Positions 37,134 through 48,748 of a stretch of 56,946 nucleotides of DNA are shown in pieces. The position numbers and the translations under genes were made by a program. The stretch lies in sequence record SRR20825019_2015, one strand, 5' to 3'. Each line of letters starts with the position of its first letter. The first letter of the stretch is position 1. The notes below the pieces were generated by a model. It made no database searches and was not told the origin of the DNA. It saw only the letters and a program-made list of their open reading frames with translations.

Positions 37134-39488
37134 TTAATTGAACCATTCCTTATTGGGCTCAGGTCCTAATTGATACTCCAATTTCGCCCCGTTTTTTAAC
37201 ACATCGAGCGGTATCTGATTGGTACGGCTCTCCGCACCATTCACTTTAAGGGATTGTATGTATTGATTTTCAGGAAGGTTGTCCTTCGATTCAATTATTA
37301 TGGTACTTCCCCAACCTGATTTGATTTCTATTTTATCAAAGATTGGGCTTGTCAATTGAAAGACTGGGTCTATATCCACCAATCCTTTTACATCAAACAG
37401 GCCAATGGCAGCCATATTATACCAGGCTCCCAACTGTCCCTGGTCCTCGTCCTGACCGTAACCATAACCATGAATAGGTTCGGTGCCATAAAAGCCATCG
37501 CAAATCTCACGTACCCATTTTTGGGTAAGCCATGGTTTGTCCGTAAAATTGAAGAGGTAAGCAATATGAAGATTGGGCTGGTTCCCTTGGTTGTACAAAT
37601 AGTTCAATCCAGCAAAAGCATCGATTTGTTCACCTCCAAACTTCGTTTTTTCAGATACCGTAAAAATGGAATCCAATCGTTTTACAAACTTTTCCTCTCC
37701 CATCTTCTCCACAAGTTCCTTGGGTTGATGTGGCACATAAAAGGTGTATTGCCAAGCATTGCCTTCTTGGTAACCAATCCAAGGGGCAAAGGGATCAAAG
37801 TCATCTAGAAAATTACCTGAGCTATCCTTTGGTCTTATAAAATCGGTTCGTTCATCGTAAAGATTTTTCCAATTCTCGGAAAGTTCCATCAATTCCTCAT
37901 ACTCCTTTTGTTTCCCCAAGGCTTTGGCAAACTGGGCCACGGCATAGGAACTGAAACAATATTCGAGGGTATGTGATACAGAAAAGCCAGAACCTTCGGG
38001 TGTGGTTTCCATTCCCGGGATATAATTGATATACCCATTTTCCACAAAACCTTTTAAATCGGTTTTACCGGCTCCTTCTATCCTATTTTTATAACGGACC
38101 TCGTTTTCATAGGCGGCCTTAAACGCCAGTTCCACATCGTAATCCCGAATACCTGCCTGATAAGCGGATGCTATCATCAAACTCACAAAGTTGGTACCAA
38201 CACCGGATACAAAACGGGAATTTGCTAGTCCATCTCCCATCCAACCGGAGTTTTTATACACAGCAAGATGTGTCTGTACCAAATCGTTATAGTATCCAGG
38301 CCATGCAAGTGTCCATAATTGGGTTAGGTTCCAAAAGGCTCCCCATATAGCGTCGGTATTGTAAAAATTGAATTCCGGATTTCCGTTTGCATCCAATGGA
38401 ATCTGACCTATACTTCCATCATTTTCTGGAAACTGTCCGTTTACATCGTTTGCCAATCCCCTACCTAATAAGGCATGGAACAAACCAGTGTAAAATTTGG
38501 TCTTGTTTACCGTCGAAGTATCGGTGACCATAATTTTTGAGAGTTCGTCCTCCCAAGTTTTTGTTGCAGTTGAAAGAGCTTCATCAAATGTCAAATTCTC
38601 TGCTTCTGCATTGAGGTTTGCCAATGCATTCTCTGCTGAAGTATAGGAAAACCCTGCTTTGATTTCAATAGCTTCATTCTCTTCCGTTTTAAATCGAAGA
38701 TAGATTCCAGCACCTTCTCCTTTTTGATGAAGCACATCCTTGAATTGTTTATCGTTAATGAATGTTCCTGCCTCTTCTGCTTTTTTGTTTATCTCGCCTG
38801 CCACAAACATCTTTACCTCAGCACCTTGCTGATATTTTTGAACATATTTGGGGTATGTAATTACCCATCCCGTGAATGTACGGTCTTCGGGATTATACGT
38901 AACTTCGGCATCTTTTACATCGCCACTTTCCCCTAACTCGTTACCTATGTCCAAAATAACATAGGCACTGTCAGATTTTGGGAACGTGTATTTATGGAAC
39001 CCCACGCGTTTTGTAGCCGTAAGTTCGGCCGTTACATCGTAATCTTTAAGTTTTACCTTATAATAACCGGGGCGGGCAATTTCATCTTTTCTATCAAAAC
39101 TGGAACGATAGCCTGTTTCGGGGTTTTCCATATCCCCCGGAGTTGTTTTTAGATCTCCTGTCATGGCGGTGAACAAAAAACCACCAATTTGAAATTCATG
39201 CAGGTTGGCAAATCCCTCGATGGTATTATCCCTTGAATCATAGCCAGTAGCTTCCCAACCCTGCTCATTTCCCAAGCTTCCATTAGTTGAAGGTCCCAGT
39301 TTCGCCATACCAAAGGGCATGGAAGCAGGTGTATAGAAAAACCATCGACTATGGGCGGTACCTATATTAGGGTCCACATAACCAAGAAGTGAATTCTCCG
39401 CAGTATCTTTCTTTACTTCATCTGCTTTTTTTGAAGTTTCGCAAGACACGAACAAAACGGTACAGGCAATCAAAAATCTATAAATCAT
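37134..39488 (-). CDS. GH92 alpha-mannosidase (lipoprotein)
   Basis: YVDPNIGT, PFGMAKLGP, SHTLEY, YQEGNAWQYTFYVPH, NQGNQP, DEDQGQLGAWY. Confidence 0.94.
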   Translation of the reverse strand: MIYRFLIACTVLFVSCETSKKADEVKKDTAENSLLGYVDPNIGTAHSRWFFYTPASMPFGMAKLGPSTNGSLGNEQGWEATGYDSRDNTIEGFANLHEFQIGGFLFTAMTGDLKTTPGDMENPETGYRSSFDRKDEIARPGYYKVKLKDYDVTAELTATKRVGFHKYTFPKSDSAYVILDIGNELGESGDVKDAEVTYNPEDRTFTGWVITYPKYVQKYQQGAEVKMFVAGEINKKAEEAGTFINDKQFKDVLHQKGEGAGIYLRFKTEENEAIEIKAGFSYTSAENALANLNAEAENLTFDEALSTATKTWEDELSKIMVTDTSTVNKTKFYTGLFHALLGRGLANDVNGQFPENDGSIGQIPLDANGNPEFNFYNTDAIWGAFWNLTQLWTLAWPGYYNDLVQTHLAVYKNSGWMGDGLANSRFVSGVGTNFVSLMIASAYQAGIRDYDVELAFKAAYENEVRYKNRIEGAGKTDLKGFVENGYINYIPGMETTPEGSGFSVSHTLEYCFSSYAVAQFAKALGKQKEYEELMELSENWKNLYDERTDFIRPKDSSGNFLDDFDPFAPWIGYQEGNAWQYTFYVPHQPKELVEKMGEEKFVKRLDSIFTVSEKTKFGGEQIDAFAGLNYLYNQGNQPNLHIAYLFNFTDKPWLTQKWVREICDGFYGTEPIHGYGYGQDEDQGQLGAWYNMAAIGLFDVKGLVDIDPVFQLTSPIFDKIEIKSGWGSTIIIESKDNLPENQYIQSLKVNGAESRTNQIPLDVLKNGAKLEYQLGPEPNKEWFN

Positions 39489-40640
39489 TTAACCTCTTTT
39501 TTTAATAATATAATATGTAACAAAAACATATAGTGCAGACAATACGAGCACTACAAAACTCAATTGAACACCAAAGGATTTATTGATCAATCCCATGATC
39601 GGTGGTATAACCGCTCCTCCCACAACTGCCATGATCATCAATCCGGAGATTTCGTTGGCACGTTCGGGAAACCTGTTTACCGTAAGTGAAAAAATCAATG
39701 GAAAAAGGTTCCCTGAGGTCAGACCAATCAGAAAAATAACTACTTGAGCCATCAGGCTTGATGTTGAAAAGACTAGGACTACAAGTAGCAGAATGGTCAG
39801 TAAGGACGACCAGTACAAAAACTTAAGATTATCAATTTTAGACAATAGGAGTGCGCCTAAAAACCGGGTTATCATCAATGCCGTAAAATAGATGCTTATC
39901 CCTATGGATGCCTGTTCCAAGCTTATCCCAAACTGGGACGTAAGAAGATTTTGAATGTTGGTGTTCATGCCTACATCAAGCCCTACAATCAAGAAAATAG
40001 CGAGTACCATGGCGGCAATAAATGGATTCTTCAATAATTTGAGTGCCGAACCAAAGGTGGCCCTTTCATCGGAAAATGATTCTTCAACAGGGGTCAGCAT
40101 CAACCAAAGCCCTGCAATTGAAGAAGCAATGCCGTATACTAAAAACACAAGTTTCCAATCGCCATACTGAGATACGGCAAAGGTCACTATCAAAGGGCCA
40201 ACAAGTGAACTAATGGCCTTTATGAATTGGGACAGGCTCATGAAGCTGGAAAAACGGTCCTTGGCCACTACATCCTGCAGCAATGGGTTTGAAGAAACTT
40301 GAATAATGGTGTTTCCTATTCCCAGTAATACAAAGCAGACCAATAGTATTGCATATGAATAATATACAAATGGCAAAAACATGCCCACTGTGGTAAAAAG
40401 TATACCAAAGAGCAATACTTTGCGCTTGCCTAAATTATGTTGTAACACACCTACAGGTATGGATAGGAAAAAAAACCATACGAATACCATAGAGGGAATC
40501 AACTGTGCCATTTCCGGTGAAAGATTAAAATCACGTCGTGCAAAACCAGTGGACACCCCAACAATGTCCACAAACCCCATAACGATGTAGCACAAGAGTA
40601 CAGGAAACACTACCTTAAAATTCATCTTTTTTGTATCCAT
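39489..40640 (-). CDS. MFS sugar transporter (FucP/NagP-like)
   Basis: About 12 TM segments, IIQVSSNPLL, ISGLMIMAVVGGAVIPP. Confidence 0.9.
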   Translation of the reverse strand: MDTKKMNFKVVFPVLLCYIVMGFVDIVGVSTGFARRDFNLSPEMAQLIPSMVFVWFFFLSIPVGVLQHNLGKRKVLLFGILFTTVGMFLPFVYYSYAILLVCFVLLGIGNTIIQVSSNPLLQDVVAKDRFSSFMSLSQFIKAISSLVGPLIVTFAVSQYGDWKLVFLVYGIASSIAGLWLMLTPVEESFSDERATFGSALKLLKNPFIAAMVLAIFLIVGLDVGMNTNIQNLLTSQFGISLEQASIGISIYFTALMITRFLGALLLSKIDNLKFLYWSSLLTILLLVVLVFSTSSLMAQVVIFLIGLTSGNLFPLIFSLTVNRFPERANEISGLMIMAVVGGAVIPPIMGLINKSFGVQLSFVVLVLSALYVFVTYYIIKKRG

Positions 40641-41551
40641 TACATCAATTTTAAGGTTTCGGATATCCCAGCATAATAATGTTCATCCAACAAAAGGGCA
40701 CTTCCCATAATCGCTGCTTCCTCTCCAAATTCTGACACATAAATCTCATCAACCCCTTTCAATGCATCTTTTAATGCAGGGCCAAAGAATTCAAAGGCTT
40801 TGGAAATGTTACCTCCAAAGACCAAAACATCGGCTTCAAATTCCTCAATATAAGGGTTGATAAAATCGGCCAGTCGGATTCCAAAATCGTTAAATACTTT
40901 ACGGGCATTGGGGTCTACATCAACCAATTCGCAAAGTTCCTTTACATTTTTTAGTCTCCTACCCGTTTCTTCTTCAAAAGCATTGATAATTCCCCTTGTG
41001 GAGAAAAGATCGTCTGCGAACACGTTTTGATAATATTGATTGTAAAGAAAACCTCCTTCGGGAACTTGTTTATCCTTTATGATGGGCTTGCCGTTCAACA
41101 AAAAACTAGATCCCAACCCCGTGCCCAATGTTATCGCAATTGCTTTTTTATATTTTGATGCTTTACCTATCAATGCCTCGGCAACGGAGAATGCGGTCGC
41201 ATCGTTTATAAATCGTATCTGGGAGGGCAGTACCTTAAGCCTATCGGCCAATTCCAAACGGAGATTGACATCGTACAAGGATTGAAGTTTTTCAACATCG
41301 GTGATTTTGCTAATTCCATTATAATAATCAAACGGACCGGGCATGGCCACTCCTATGCCACTTATTGGTTTGCCCAGACCTTGAATGGTGGTCTCCAATG
41401 CATCTACCCATCCGGTCAATATTTCTTCTTTTGTGCCTTGGGAGTTTATCTTCTTATAAGAAAACGTTTCCCTACATAGGGTTTTGTTCTCATGGCTATA
41501 CGCACAAGATGAAATATGACTTCCTCCTATATCAACTCCTATACTGAACAT
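40640..41551 (-). CDS. ROK-family sugar kinase
   Basis: IGVDIGGSH, GVAMPGPFDY, FINDA, ITLGTGLGS, FGGNIS. Confidence 0.93.
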   Translation of the reverse strand: MFSIGVDIGGSHISSCAYSHENKTLCRETFSYKKINSQGTKEEILTGWVDALETTIQGLGKPISGIGVAMPGPFDYYNGISKITDVEKLQSLYDVNLRLELADRLKVLPSQIRFINDATAFSVAEALIGKASKYKKAIAITLGTGLGSSFLLNGKPIIKDKQVPEGGFLYNQYYQNVFADDLFSTRGIINAFEEETGRRLKNVKELCELVDVDPNARKVFNDFGIRLADFINPYIEEFEADVLVFGGNISKAFEFFGPALKDALKGVDEIYVSEFGEEAAIMGSALLLDEHYYAGISETLKLM

Positions 41552-41602
41552 CTATTCCTTTATTCAATTATTGGAAAAACAGTTTTTCCGATCAACATCC
41601 AT

Positions 41603-42814
41603 TTATGATTCATTTTCATATAAGGCCACCACGCCGTAAGCTTCTATCAAAGCTGCTTGATGAAGTAGCCAATAGTAACGGCCTTCGCTATTACCTGACC
41701 AGTCTTCAAAAAACTGTTCTTCGGCATTTCTTGCATTATCCCAAGCATAATCCATGTTTTTAATGAAAACGTCTATGTATTCATCCGTCTTGGAATCGTA
41801 TGCGGATAATTGTACAAAAGCGGACAATAGCTCTACATTGAACCAAGAATCGTGGGTTTGATAAAATATTTGCCCATTGATGACGCTTGTAAACTTGGAA
41901 TAGGCAGACCGTGCCGTGGAAATGGCTTCGATCAAGTATTCCTGATCATCGGATATTTCATAGAGGTTTACCCCTGCCATGATCATCAAGGCTGCATTGT
42001 AAGTCCACTTTGTAGTATTTATTTGCTCTGTTCCTATATTGATATCGTTCCAATATAGATTATCGCTGGGATCCCTTAAGGTGTTATAGTTCCACTCGTA
42101 CACCCGTTCTGCAAAAGTTCTGTACTGTGACTCATTGGTCAACTGGTACATTTTGCTGGTTACATAGGCCGCATATGCACTTGTATTGGCCGCTTTCATA
42201 CAATTGGGGCCATCTGTACAATTGGTGGATTCCCCCTCAAACCAGTACAATCCTCCTCCCATTCGGGAATCTTCACCGGACATGATAAATTCTGTAACGG
42301 TCTTGGCCCTGTTCAAATAAAAGGCATCCCCCGTAAGCTCGTAAGCTTTGATGAGTTCCATGGCCACAATGGCACTATCATCATAATAATGATCGGTCTG
42401 CCCCTCGGTCACTGGAGCTGCTTGGTAAGTGGGTAGAACACTTCTGTCATCATAATAGGCCTCTAGGCCGGAAAACTCCTTGTCCAAAATAGACCTGTCG
42501 TACCCAAGCTCATAAAGCACATTGCCTGCCGTGAGCATTCCCACATAGGGCCATAAGTAGCTATAAGAAGGATCTCCTGATTGTGACGGGAAATTTTCTT
42601 TATATAGATTTTCTTTCTTATAAAGCGATTGGATCATATCATAAACGGCCTTGGCCTTTTCTTTATGGCTCAAGGATTCCTCTTCTTCAGGAACCGGGTT
42701 TTCAGTTTCTTCGTTTCCTTCTTCCAACTGATCCTCGATGGAGGGGTCGCTGCTACAACTGACCCCCCATAAAAACAACAGGGAACAAAAAAATGTGATT
42801 TTTGAACTTATCAT
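41603..42814 (-). CDS. GH76 endo-alpha-1,6-mannanase (lipoprotein)
   Basis: Lipobox GVSC, YYDD catalytic pair, GGGLYW, LYWND, KWTYN. Confidence 0.9.
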   Translation of the reverse strand: MISSKITFFCSLLFLWGVSCSSDPSIEDQLEEGNEETENPVPEEEESLSHKEKAKAVYDMIQSLYKKENLYKENFPSQSGDPSYSYLWPYVGMLTAGNVLYELGYDRSILDKEFSGLEAYYDDRSVLPTYQAAPVTEGQTDHYYDDSAIVAMELIKAYELTGDAFYLNRAKTVTEFIMSGEDSRMGGGLYWFEGESTNCTDGPNCMKAANTSAYAAYVTSKMYQLTNESQYRTFAERVYEWNYNTLRDPSDNLYWNDINIGTEQINTTKWTYNAALMIMAGVNLYEISDDQEYLIEAISTARSAYSKFTSVINGQIFYQTHDSWFNVELLSAFVQLSAYDSKTDEYIDVFIKNMDYAWDNARNAEEQFFEDWSGNSEGRYYWLLHQAALIEAYGVVALYENES

Positions 42815-42823
42815 ATTCTGTAA

Positions 42824-44059
42824 TTATTCTTGTATTAATTCTTGGTAATAATTTTCAGCCTTGGGATCAAACACTACCCTGACGGTAAAGTTTGCACCGT
42901 TCAAGGCATCTGGAAATTTCCAGGCTCCTTGCCAATAGGCTGCCTCTGGTCCCAAGAAATACACATTATTGTAATATTCCGGTTCGCCTCCGTTGGGTCG
43001 TCCATTGTATCCTTCAAGCCCAGGAACCAAAGAGCCGTTCATTGCTTCGTTGTGCATACTTCCCAGATAGGAAACCTGTCCATCTCCCAGTTGAAATTGA
43101 TATCTGTATCGTTCTTCCTCCCAACCTAACCAATCCGGTGCATCGGGGGATTCAGGCGTCAAGAATTCAAAATAGGCATTGGTAGCTTCAAAAGTATGAT
43201 TTCCTATGTATTGAAGGTCTGCCTTAACCGCTTGATTGGCCAAAATATATAATTGAATGTTAGAAATTTCGACAAAGGAAATAGTGGCTTTGGCCAAATC
43301 CATGCGTACCCTGTACACACCCTCTTCCATATCAAAAGTAGTAGGATCATCCCCTGATCTTATCTTTCCTTCCGAATTGATATAATAATGGGTCAGGTCT
43401 TCAGCAGAAGCATTGTTTCCATTGACGATATAAAATTCGCCTGGAGAAAGTCGGGTTACCGATTCAAAAACGCCAGGTTGAAAATTATCATTGGGCAATT
43501 GATTGGAAATCTGCTTGAAGGCCACTGCATTGGGAATATCGGATGCTTCGGTAGCAGAACCGTATACGTACATATATTCCGGAAATATCGCCAGTCCTTC
43601 AGGTCTCATCAAACTTAACGTAGCAGGCTCCGCGAAATTTTCCCTGAAATAGCTGCTCGAAGCTTCGACCGTCCATGCCACATCACCTGTTTCCAATTGT
43701 TGGATACCTGCTTCGGCCGCAATGATGTTCAACCGCGAGTTACTCATGGTAAAGGTAGTGGCGCCACCACCATTATCGGATGGCGATGTATATAATGGGT
43801 CGCTAAAATCCTCACCAGGTCTATCGAACTTTATGGTGTATAATATGGTACCACCATCATTGGCCTGTGCCGGTGTCCAAGAAAAAATGATATTTTCACC
43901 ATTCTCAAGGTCTATCTCAATAGTCTCGCTATTGCTTGGGCTTTCCAAGGAACCCGTTAGTGCAATTTCAGGGTCTAAAGTGTAATCGTCATTATCACAT
44001 GAAATCAATGTCATGGATAAAACCATCAATGTCAAAAGTGACTTTAGTATTGTTTTCAT
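42824..44059 (-). CDS. SusE-like surface glycan-binding lipoprotein
   Basis: Lipobox LISC, FSWTPA…SDNGG SusE-type N-domain; TAATG-coupled to susD. Confidence 0.85.
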   Translation of the reverse strand: MKTILKSLLTLMVLSMTLISCDNDDYTLDPEIALTGSLESPSNSETIEIDLENGENIIFSWTPAQANDGGTILYTIKFDRPGEDFSDPLYTSPSDNGGGATTFTMSNSRLNIIAAEAGIQQLETGDVAWTVEASSSYFRENFAEPATLSLMRPEGLAIFPEYMYVYGSATEASDIPNAVAFKQISNQLPNDNFQPGVFESVTRLSPGEFYIVNGNNASAEDLTHYYINSEGKIRSGDDPTTFDMEEGVYRVRMDLAKATISFVEISNIQLYILANQAVKADLQYIGNHTFEATNAYFEFLTPESPDAPDWLGWEEERYRYQFQLGDGQVSYLGSMHNEAMNGSLVPGLEGYNGRPNGGEPEYYNNVYFLGPEAAYWQGAWKFPDALNGANFTVRVVFDPKAENYYQELIQE

Positions 44060-45630
44060 TACCAATTAGGGTTTTGGGTTAGATTGTCATTTATATCTCT
44101 CTCACTAAGAGGAATGGGCCATAAATAATGTTTTGCGGGATCAAAGCTTCTCTCATCCACTCTAATGTATCCATCGTCCACAATGCTGTCGTCCGTTTTA
44201 ATACCGTGGGCCCAACCGTTGAGCACCTCTTCGGCAATTTCCCATCTTCTGATATCAAAAAATCGATGTCCGGCTTCAAATGCCAGTTCTATTCTTCTTT
44301 CGTTCCTTACGATTTCCCTTAACAGGTTTTGGTCACTCCCTGGAAACACAAGTGCATCCCCTTGAAGTCCGGCCCTCGCTCTTATGGCCCCAATGGTAGC
44401 ATCCCAATCGGCCTGACTGAATGTTCCCAACTCTATTTTTGCTTCAGCTAAATTCAATAGTACTTCGGCATACCGAATCAAAATTAGGTTAAGACCTGAA
44501 TTTACTTGGTTCCGGGCCATTGGGTCGTAGAACTTGTGCACATAATATCCGGTGGGCGTACTATTAGATGAATAGTTCAGTCCATCTGGTTCATCACCCG
44601 GGGAAGTTCCTATTACTATATCATTGCCTTCAAAATCTTTCATAGTGTATTCATCATGGATAATTGTCGCGGACAATCTTGGATCACGATTTTGATATGG
44701 ATTGTTCTCATCATAATTTGCTTCTGGCTCATCAATACCGTATCCATTGATGGTTGGATAAGCATCCACCAGTTCTTGCAAAGGAGAAAAATTGGCATAA
44801 CCGCCCAAACTCGGCGGTATCAATGAATATTGATTGTTGTGTTCCCTAAATGTAGGGATGTACTGAAGGCTCAATAAAATTTCGTTGGCTGATTCATTTT
44901 CCGTTTTAAAAAGGTCAGCATAGCTGGGAAATAACGAATAATCACCCAACAGCCCTTCGGCCAATGTTGCCGCCATTTCATACTCTCCATTGTACAGGTG
45001 AACCCTGGATTTGAATGCTATTGCCGCATCTTTGGTTATTCTACCACTTTGATCGGCAGGATAGTTGCTTGGAAGACCGTTAATGGCAGTAGTAAGTTCA
45101 TCATAAATGAAAGTCAAAATGGTTCCGCTATCGTCCCGTTCAAGGGTAAGCGACTCTTCTATACTAATTTCATCCGTAATAAGAGGGACATCGCCATACA
45201 GCTCTATTAGGTTGAAGTAGTGCCAAGCTCTAATAAATCTCGCTTGAGCGGTAAGAGCTGTTCGTTGGTCTTCGGTAATTTCCTCAACCTCATTAATGTT
45301 GTTGAGAAATATATTGGTTCTACGTATGGCTTCATATCTCCCGGACCACACACCTGCCACTACGCCATTTGCGGTGCCGTAACTTCCGCTGGCAATATTA
45401 CGATACTCTTCCATGGCCTTGGTATAGGCGTCGTCCGAAAGAGCGTTGAAGTATAGGTAGTCTTGTGCTGACATCAAATCAGCATAAATCGAGTTCAGGA
45501 ATATTTGCGCATCCTCCTCGGTATCCCAATAATTCAATTCGCTCTGCGAATCCATTGGGGATAGATCCAAATCTGAAGAACATGCGGAAAATATCCATAT
45601 GACACTTAGAAATAAAAATATTTTTTTCAT
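44059..45630 (-). CDS. susD: SusD/RagB lipoprotein
   Basis: FSAC lipobox, ARFIRAWHYF…YGDVPL, GRITK, RYAEVLL, RNERRIELAFE, LWPIP, LTQNPNW; start set at ATG 45630. Confidence 0.95.
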   Translation of the reverse strand: MKKIFLFLSVIWIFSACSSDLDLSPMDSQSELNYWDTEEDAQIFLNSIYADLMSAQDYLYFNALSDDAYTKAMEEYRNIASGSYGTANGVVAGVWSGRYEAIRRTNIFLNNINEVEEITEDQRTALTAQARFIRAWHYFNLIELYGDVPLITDEISIEESLTLERDDSGTILTFIYDELTTAINGLPSNYPADQSGRITKDAAIAFKSRVHLYNGEYEMAATLAEGLLGDYSLFPSYADLFKTENESANEILLSLQYIPTFREHNNQYSLIPPSLGGYANFSPLQELVDAYPTINGYGIDEPEANYDENNPYQNRDPRLSATIIHDEYTMKDFEGNDIVIGTSPGDEPDGLNYSSNSTPTGYYVHKFYDPMARNQVNSGLNLILIRYAEVLLNLAEAKIELGTFSQADWDATIGAIRARAGLQGDALVFPGSDQNLLREIVRNERRIELAFEAGHRFFDIRRWEIAEEVLNGWAHGIKTDDSIVDDGYIRVDERSFDPAKHYLWPIPLSERDINDNLTQNPNW

Positions 45631-45640
45631 GATGTTTTTT

Positions 45641-48600
45641 TTAGAAATTAATGTCAAGTCCCAAAGAGAAGATTCTGGACACTGGGTATACCCTTCCACT
45701 TGCCCCTGTATTCTCTGGGTCTACGCCAATAGCGTTCAACGGACTGAATGTGGCTATGTTCAAGCCGGTGAGATACAATCTGATTTTGCTCAGTCCCATT
45801 TTCTCAACCGCTAGATCAGGTATGGTATACCCCAATTGAATGTTCTTGATTCGAAGATAGTGGGCATCAAAAATGTAGAAATCAGATTTTGCTGCATTGT
45901 TAACCGATTCTGCACCGACTGTAAGCCTTGGATATGAAGCATCCATGTTTTGTGGGGTCCAACGATCAAGATGGCGATTGAACACAGGTCCTTCGTTACT
46001 GTTATGGAACGCCTCGATTACCTCTCCCCGCAACCATTGTTTTCGCTGTCCCACACCTTGAACGAAGATTGAAAAGTCAAACCCGTTCCAATTCGCGGCA
46101 TAAGTTGCACCGTAGGTATATCGAGGAAATTCGTTGCCAAGGATAAAACGGTCGTTGTCATAATCGATTTGTCCATCTCCATTGCGGTCAACATATTTAA
46201 TATCCCCGGGATCTACATCATTTACAAAAATCGGAGTAGCGCTATTGGCGATTTCTTCATCTGTGTTAAAAAAACCATCGCTCTTCAACGCGTAGTAGGA
46301 ATTGATGGAATATCCTTCCCGTAAAATGGTATTGACATCAAAACCATTTATAAACTCGCGACCTCGGAGATCTTCGACCTCATTCTTGTTATCAGCAACA
46401 TTAATATTTAATGAATGGTCAACTTCCCCTGTTTGGAACCTATAACCCAAACTCAACTCCCAACCTCTATTTCGTACCGATCCGGCATTTTGGAAAGGCT
46501 GTCCTAGACCATAAGTCCCTGGAACTGGCAATTGGAGCAATATATCCTCTGTGAGATTATCAAATAATTCAACGGTCACGTCAAAGCTTCTATTGAACAA
46601 GGATAGGTCTATACCCAAGTTTTTCATGGTTGATGTCTCCCATGTCCTATTACTGTTGCTTACGGAGTAATAAGATCCGGAAACAGGCACGCCACCAAAA
46701 CTGTACACATTACTATTGATGTTAACCAAACTTTGATAGCCATAAAGGTCATTGATATCCTGATTACCCAGCTGCCCCCAAGAAGCTCTAACTTTTGCAA
46801 AAGAGATAAAATCAACGGATTCCATAAAAGCCTCATTGCTTATGGTCCATCCGGCGGAAATCGAGGGGAAGACACCCCAACGATTCTTTGATGAAAATCT
46901 GGACGACCCATCGTATCTAATATTACCATTGATTTGGTAACGACTATCATAGGAATATCCAATTTTACCAAAGAAGGATTGGATAGACCATTCATTTCCA
47001 GAACCATTGGCACTTTGGATATCACTGGCATTGCTGATTACCCCAAACTCATTTCCAGGAATATCGATTCCCGTAACATCAAAAAACTCACTTTTGAAAC
47101 TTTCGGACGAAGCTCCCAGCATCATGTTGAAGCTATGCTTTTCATTAAAATCCTTGCTGTAACTAGCCGTCAAGAAAGGATTTAAATACAGGGACCTATT
47201 ATAATTATCGGTTACTGAATTTTCATTGTTTCCCCCACCCGGGTATGCAAAGTCTATTGCTTTTCTAAATTGATGCGTTTTATTGCTGGTCAAGTTACCG
47301 CCCAAAACACCTTTTAATATTAAGTTTTCGACCGGTTCATATTCTATACTGAAATTGCCCAGAAACTCATCATTCTGATATTTGGTGGTCCCCCCTACCT
47401 CAAGTTGGGCCAAAGGGTTGCTATTACTTCCACTTACAAGCGTGTAATCACCATTTTCGTCCACAATGTCATAAATGGGAGGTATACGCATGGTGGGCTC
47501 AATGATCCACTGTTCAAAATATGCATTGTCCTTGATATCATTTCGGGCAAATGACATACGACCGCCCAGCTTCAATTTATCATTGACCTGCTTTTCCAAA
47601 TTTATTCTGGCGTTATATCGTTGGTAGCCATAATCAGGACCTTTGAACATGCTTTCTTGGTCCACATAGCCGAGCGATACCAAATAGTTAAGACCATTTT
47701 CTGCACCACTCATGGACAGATTGTGGCTACTTTGCAGTGCCATATCCTTGTAAATCTCACGGTTCCAGTATACATTGGGACCATTTTCTTTGTAATCCAA
47801 GATTTGTTCCGGTGTAAACGCAGGTTGAAAACCAGAGTTTACCAAAGCTTCGTTACGTAATGTGGCGTATTCCCAGGAAGAGGCAAATTCAGGAAAATTG
47901 GTAGGTGTTTGCACCCCATAAGATCCTTGGTATTGAAATACAGGCTTTCCCGACTTCCCTTTTTTAGTGGTCACCAATATCACACCGTTGGCCGCACGGG
48001 AACCATAAATGGCGGATGAGGCAGCGTCTTTAAGAACACTTATGCTCTCAATATTGTTGGGATTCACATTATTCAGGGAACCGATTACACCATCAACCAC
48101 AATCAAGGGAGTGTTTCCATTAATGGTACTTACACCCCTAATGTTTATCTGCGGCACAGAGCCCGGTCTAGATGTTGTATTTTGAATAATCAATCCTGGC
48201 GACTCCCCTTGTAACGCCTGATAGGAATTGCTCACAGGCTTTCCCTGAATGGCAGTCTCATCGATGGTACTGATGGCCCCGGTAAGATCTGCCCGTTTTT
48301 CCGTACCATACCCTACTACGACAACCTCGTCCAAATTGGAGGTATCCGATTCAAGTGTTATGGTTAATGGCGCATTGCCTTCAACAATGATTTCTTGCGG
48401 TTTATATCCAATATAAGATACAAGAAGTACATCGCCTTCATTTGCGGTAAGGGAAAACTGGCCTTCCATACCCGTACTGGTTCCGTTAGTGGTTCCCTTG
48501 ACAAGGACATTGGCCCCAAATATGGGCCCCAGTTCATCGGTCACCTTACCGGTAACGTTAATTTCCTGTGCGAATCCACAATATGTGAAAAGTGCCAGCA

Positions 48601-48748
48601 AAATCACGGTAGCATAAGACCTTTTTATAACAAAGCCCCTCTTGCAGTCCACCATTGCTGGAGCAACTGTCAGCTCATTTGAAGGAATCCCCGAAAAGAA
48701 TCTCCAAAAATGGCATCCATTCCTTAAAAAGTTAGTTATTGATTTCAT
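45641..48748 (-). CDS. susC: SusC/RagA TonB-dependent transporter
   Basis: LDEVVVVGYG, ISVLKDAASSAIYGSRAANGVILVTTKKG, RYDGSSRF, YLRIKNIQLGY, C-terminal F. Confidence 0.97.
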   Translation of the reverse strand: MKSITNFLRNGCHFWRFFSGIPSNELTVAPAMVDCKRGFVIKRSYATVILLALFTYCGFAQEINVTGKVTDELGPIFGANVLVKGTTNGTSTGMEGQFSLTANEGDVLLVSYIGYKPQEIIVEGNAPLTITLESDTSNLDEVVVVGYGTEKRADLTGAISTIDETAIQGKPVSNSYQALQGESPGLIIQNTTSRPGSVPQINIRGVSTINGNTPLIVVDGVIGSLNNVNPNNIESISVLKDAASSAIYGSRAANGVILVTTKKGKSGKPVFQYQGSYGVQTPTNFPEFASSWEYATLRNEALVNSGFQPAFTPEQILDYKENGPNVYWNREIYKDMALQSSHNLSMSGAENGLNYLVSLGYVDQESMFKGPDYGYQRYNARINLEKQVNDKLKLGGRMSFARNDIKDNAYFEQWIIEPTMRIPPIYDIVDENGDYTLVSGSNSNPLAQLEVGGTTKYQNDEFLGNFSIEYEPVENLILKGVLGGNLTSNKTHQFRKAIDFAYPGGGNNENSVTDNYNRSLYLNPFLTASYSKDFNEKHSFNMMLGASSESFKSEFFDVTGIDIPGNEFGVISNASDIQSANGSGNEWSIQSFFGKIGYSYDSRYQINGNIRYDGSSRFSSKNRWGVFPSISAGWTISNEAFMESVDFISFAKVRASWGQLGNQDINDLYGYQSLVNINSNVYSFGGVPVSGSYYSVSNSNRTWETSTMKNLGIDLSLFNRSFDVTVELFDNLTEDILLQLPVPGTYGLGQPFQNAGSVRNRGWELSLGYRFQTGEVDHSLNINVADNKNEVEDLRGREFINGFDVNTILREGYSINSYYALKSDGFFNTDEEIANSATPIFVNDVDPGDIKYVDRNGDGQIDYDNDRFILGNEFPRYTYGATYAANWNGFDFSIFVQGVGQRKQWLRGEVIEAFHNSNEGPVFNRHLDRWTPQNMDASYPRLTVGAESVNNAAKSDFYIFDAHYLRIKNIQLGYTIPDLAVEKMGLSKIRLYLTGLNIATFSPLNAIGVDPENTGASGRVYPVSRIFSLGLDINF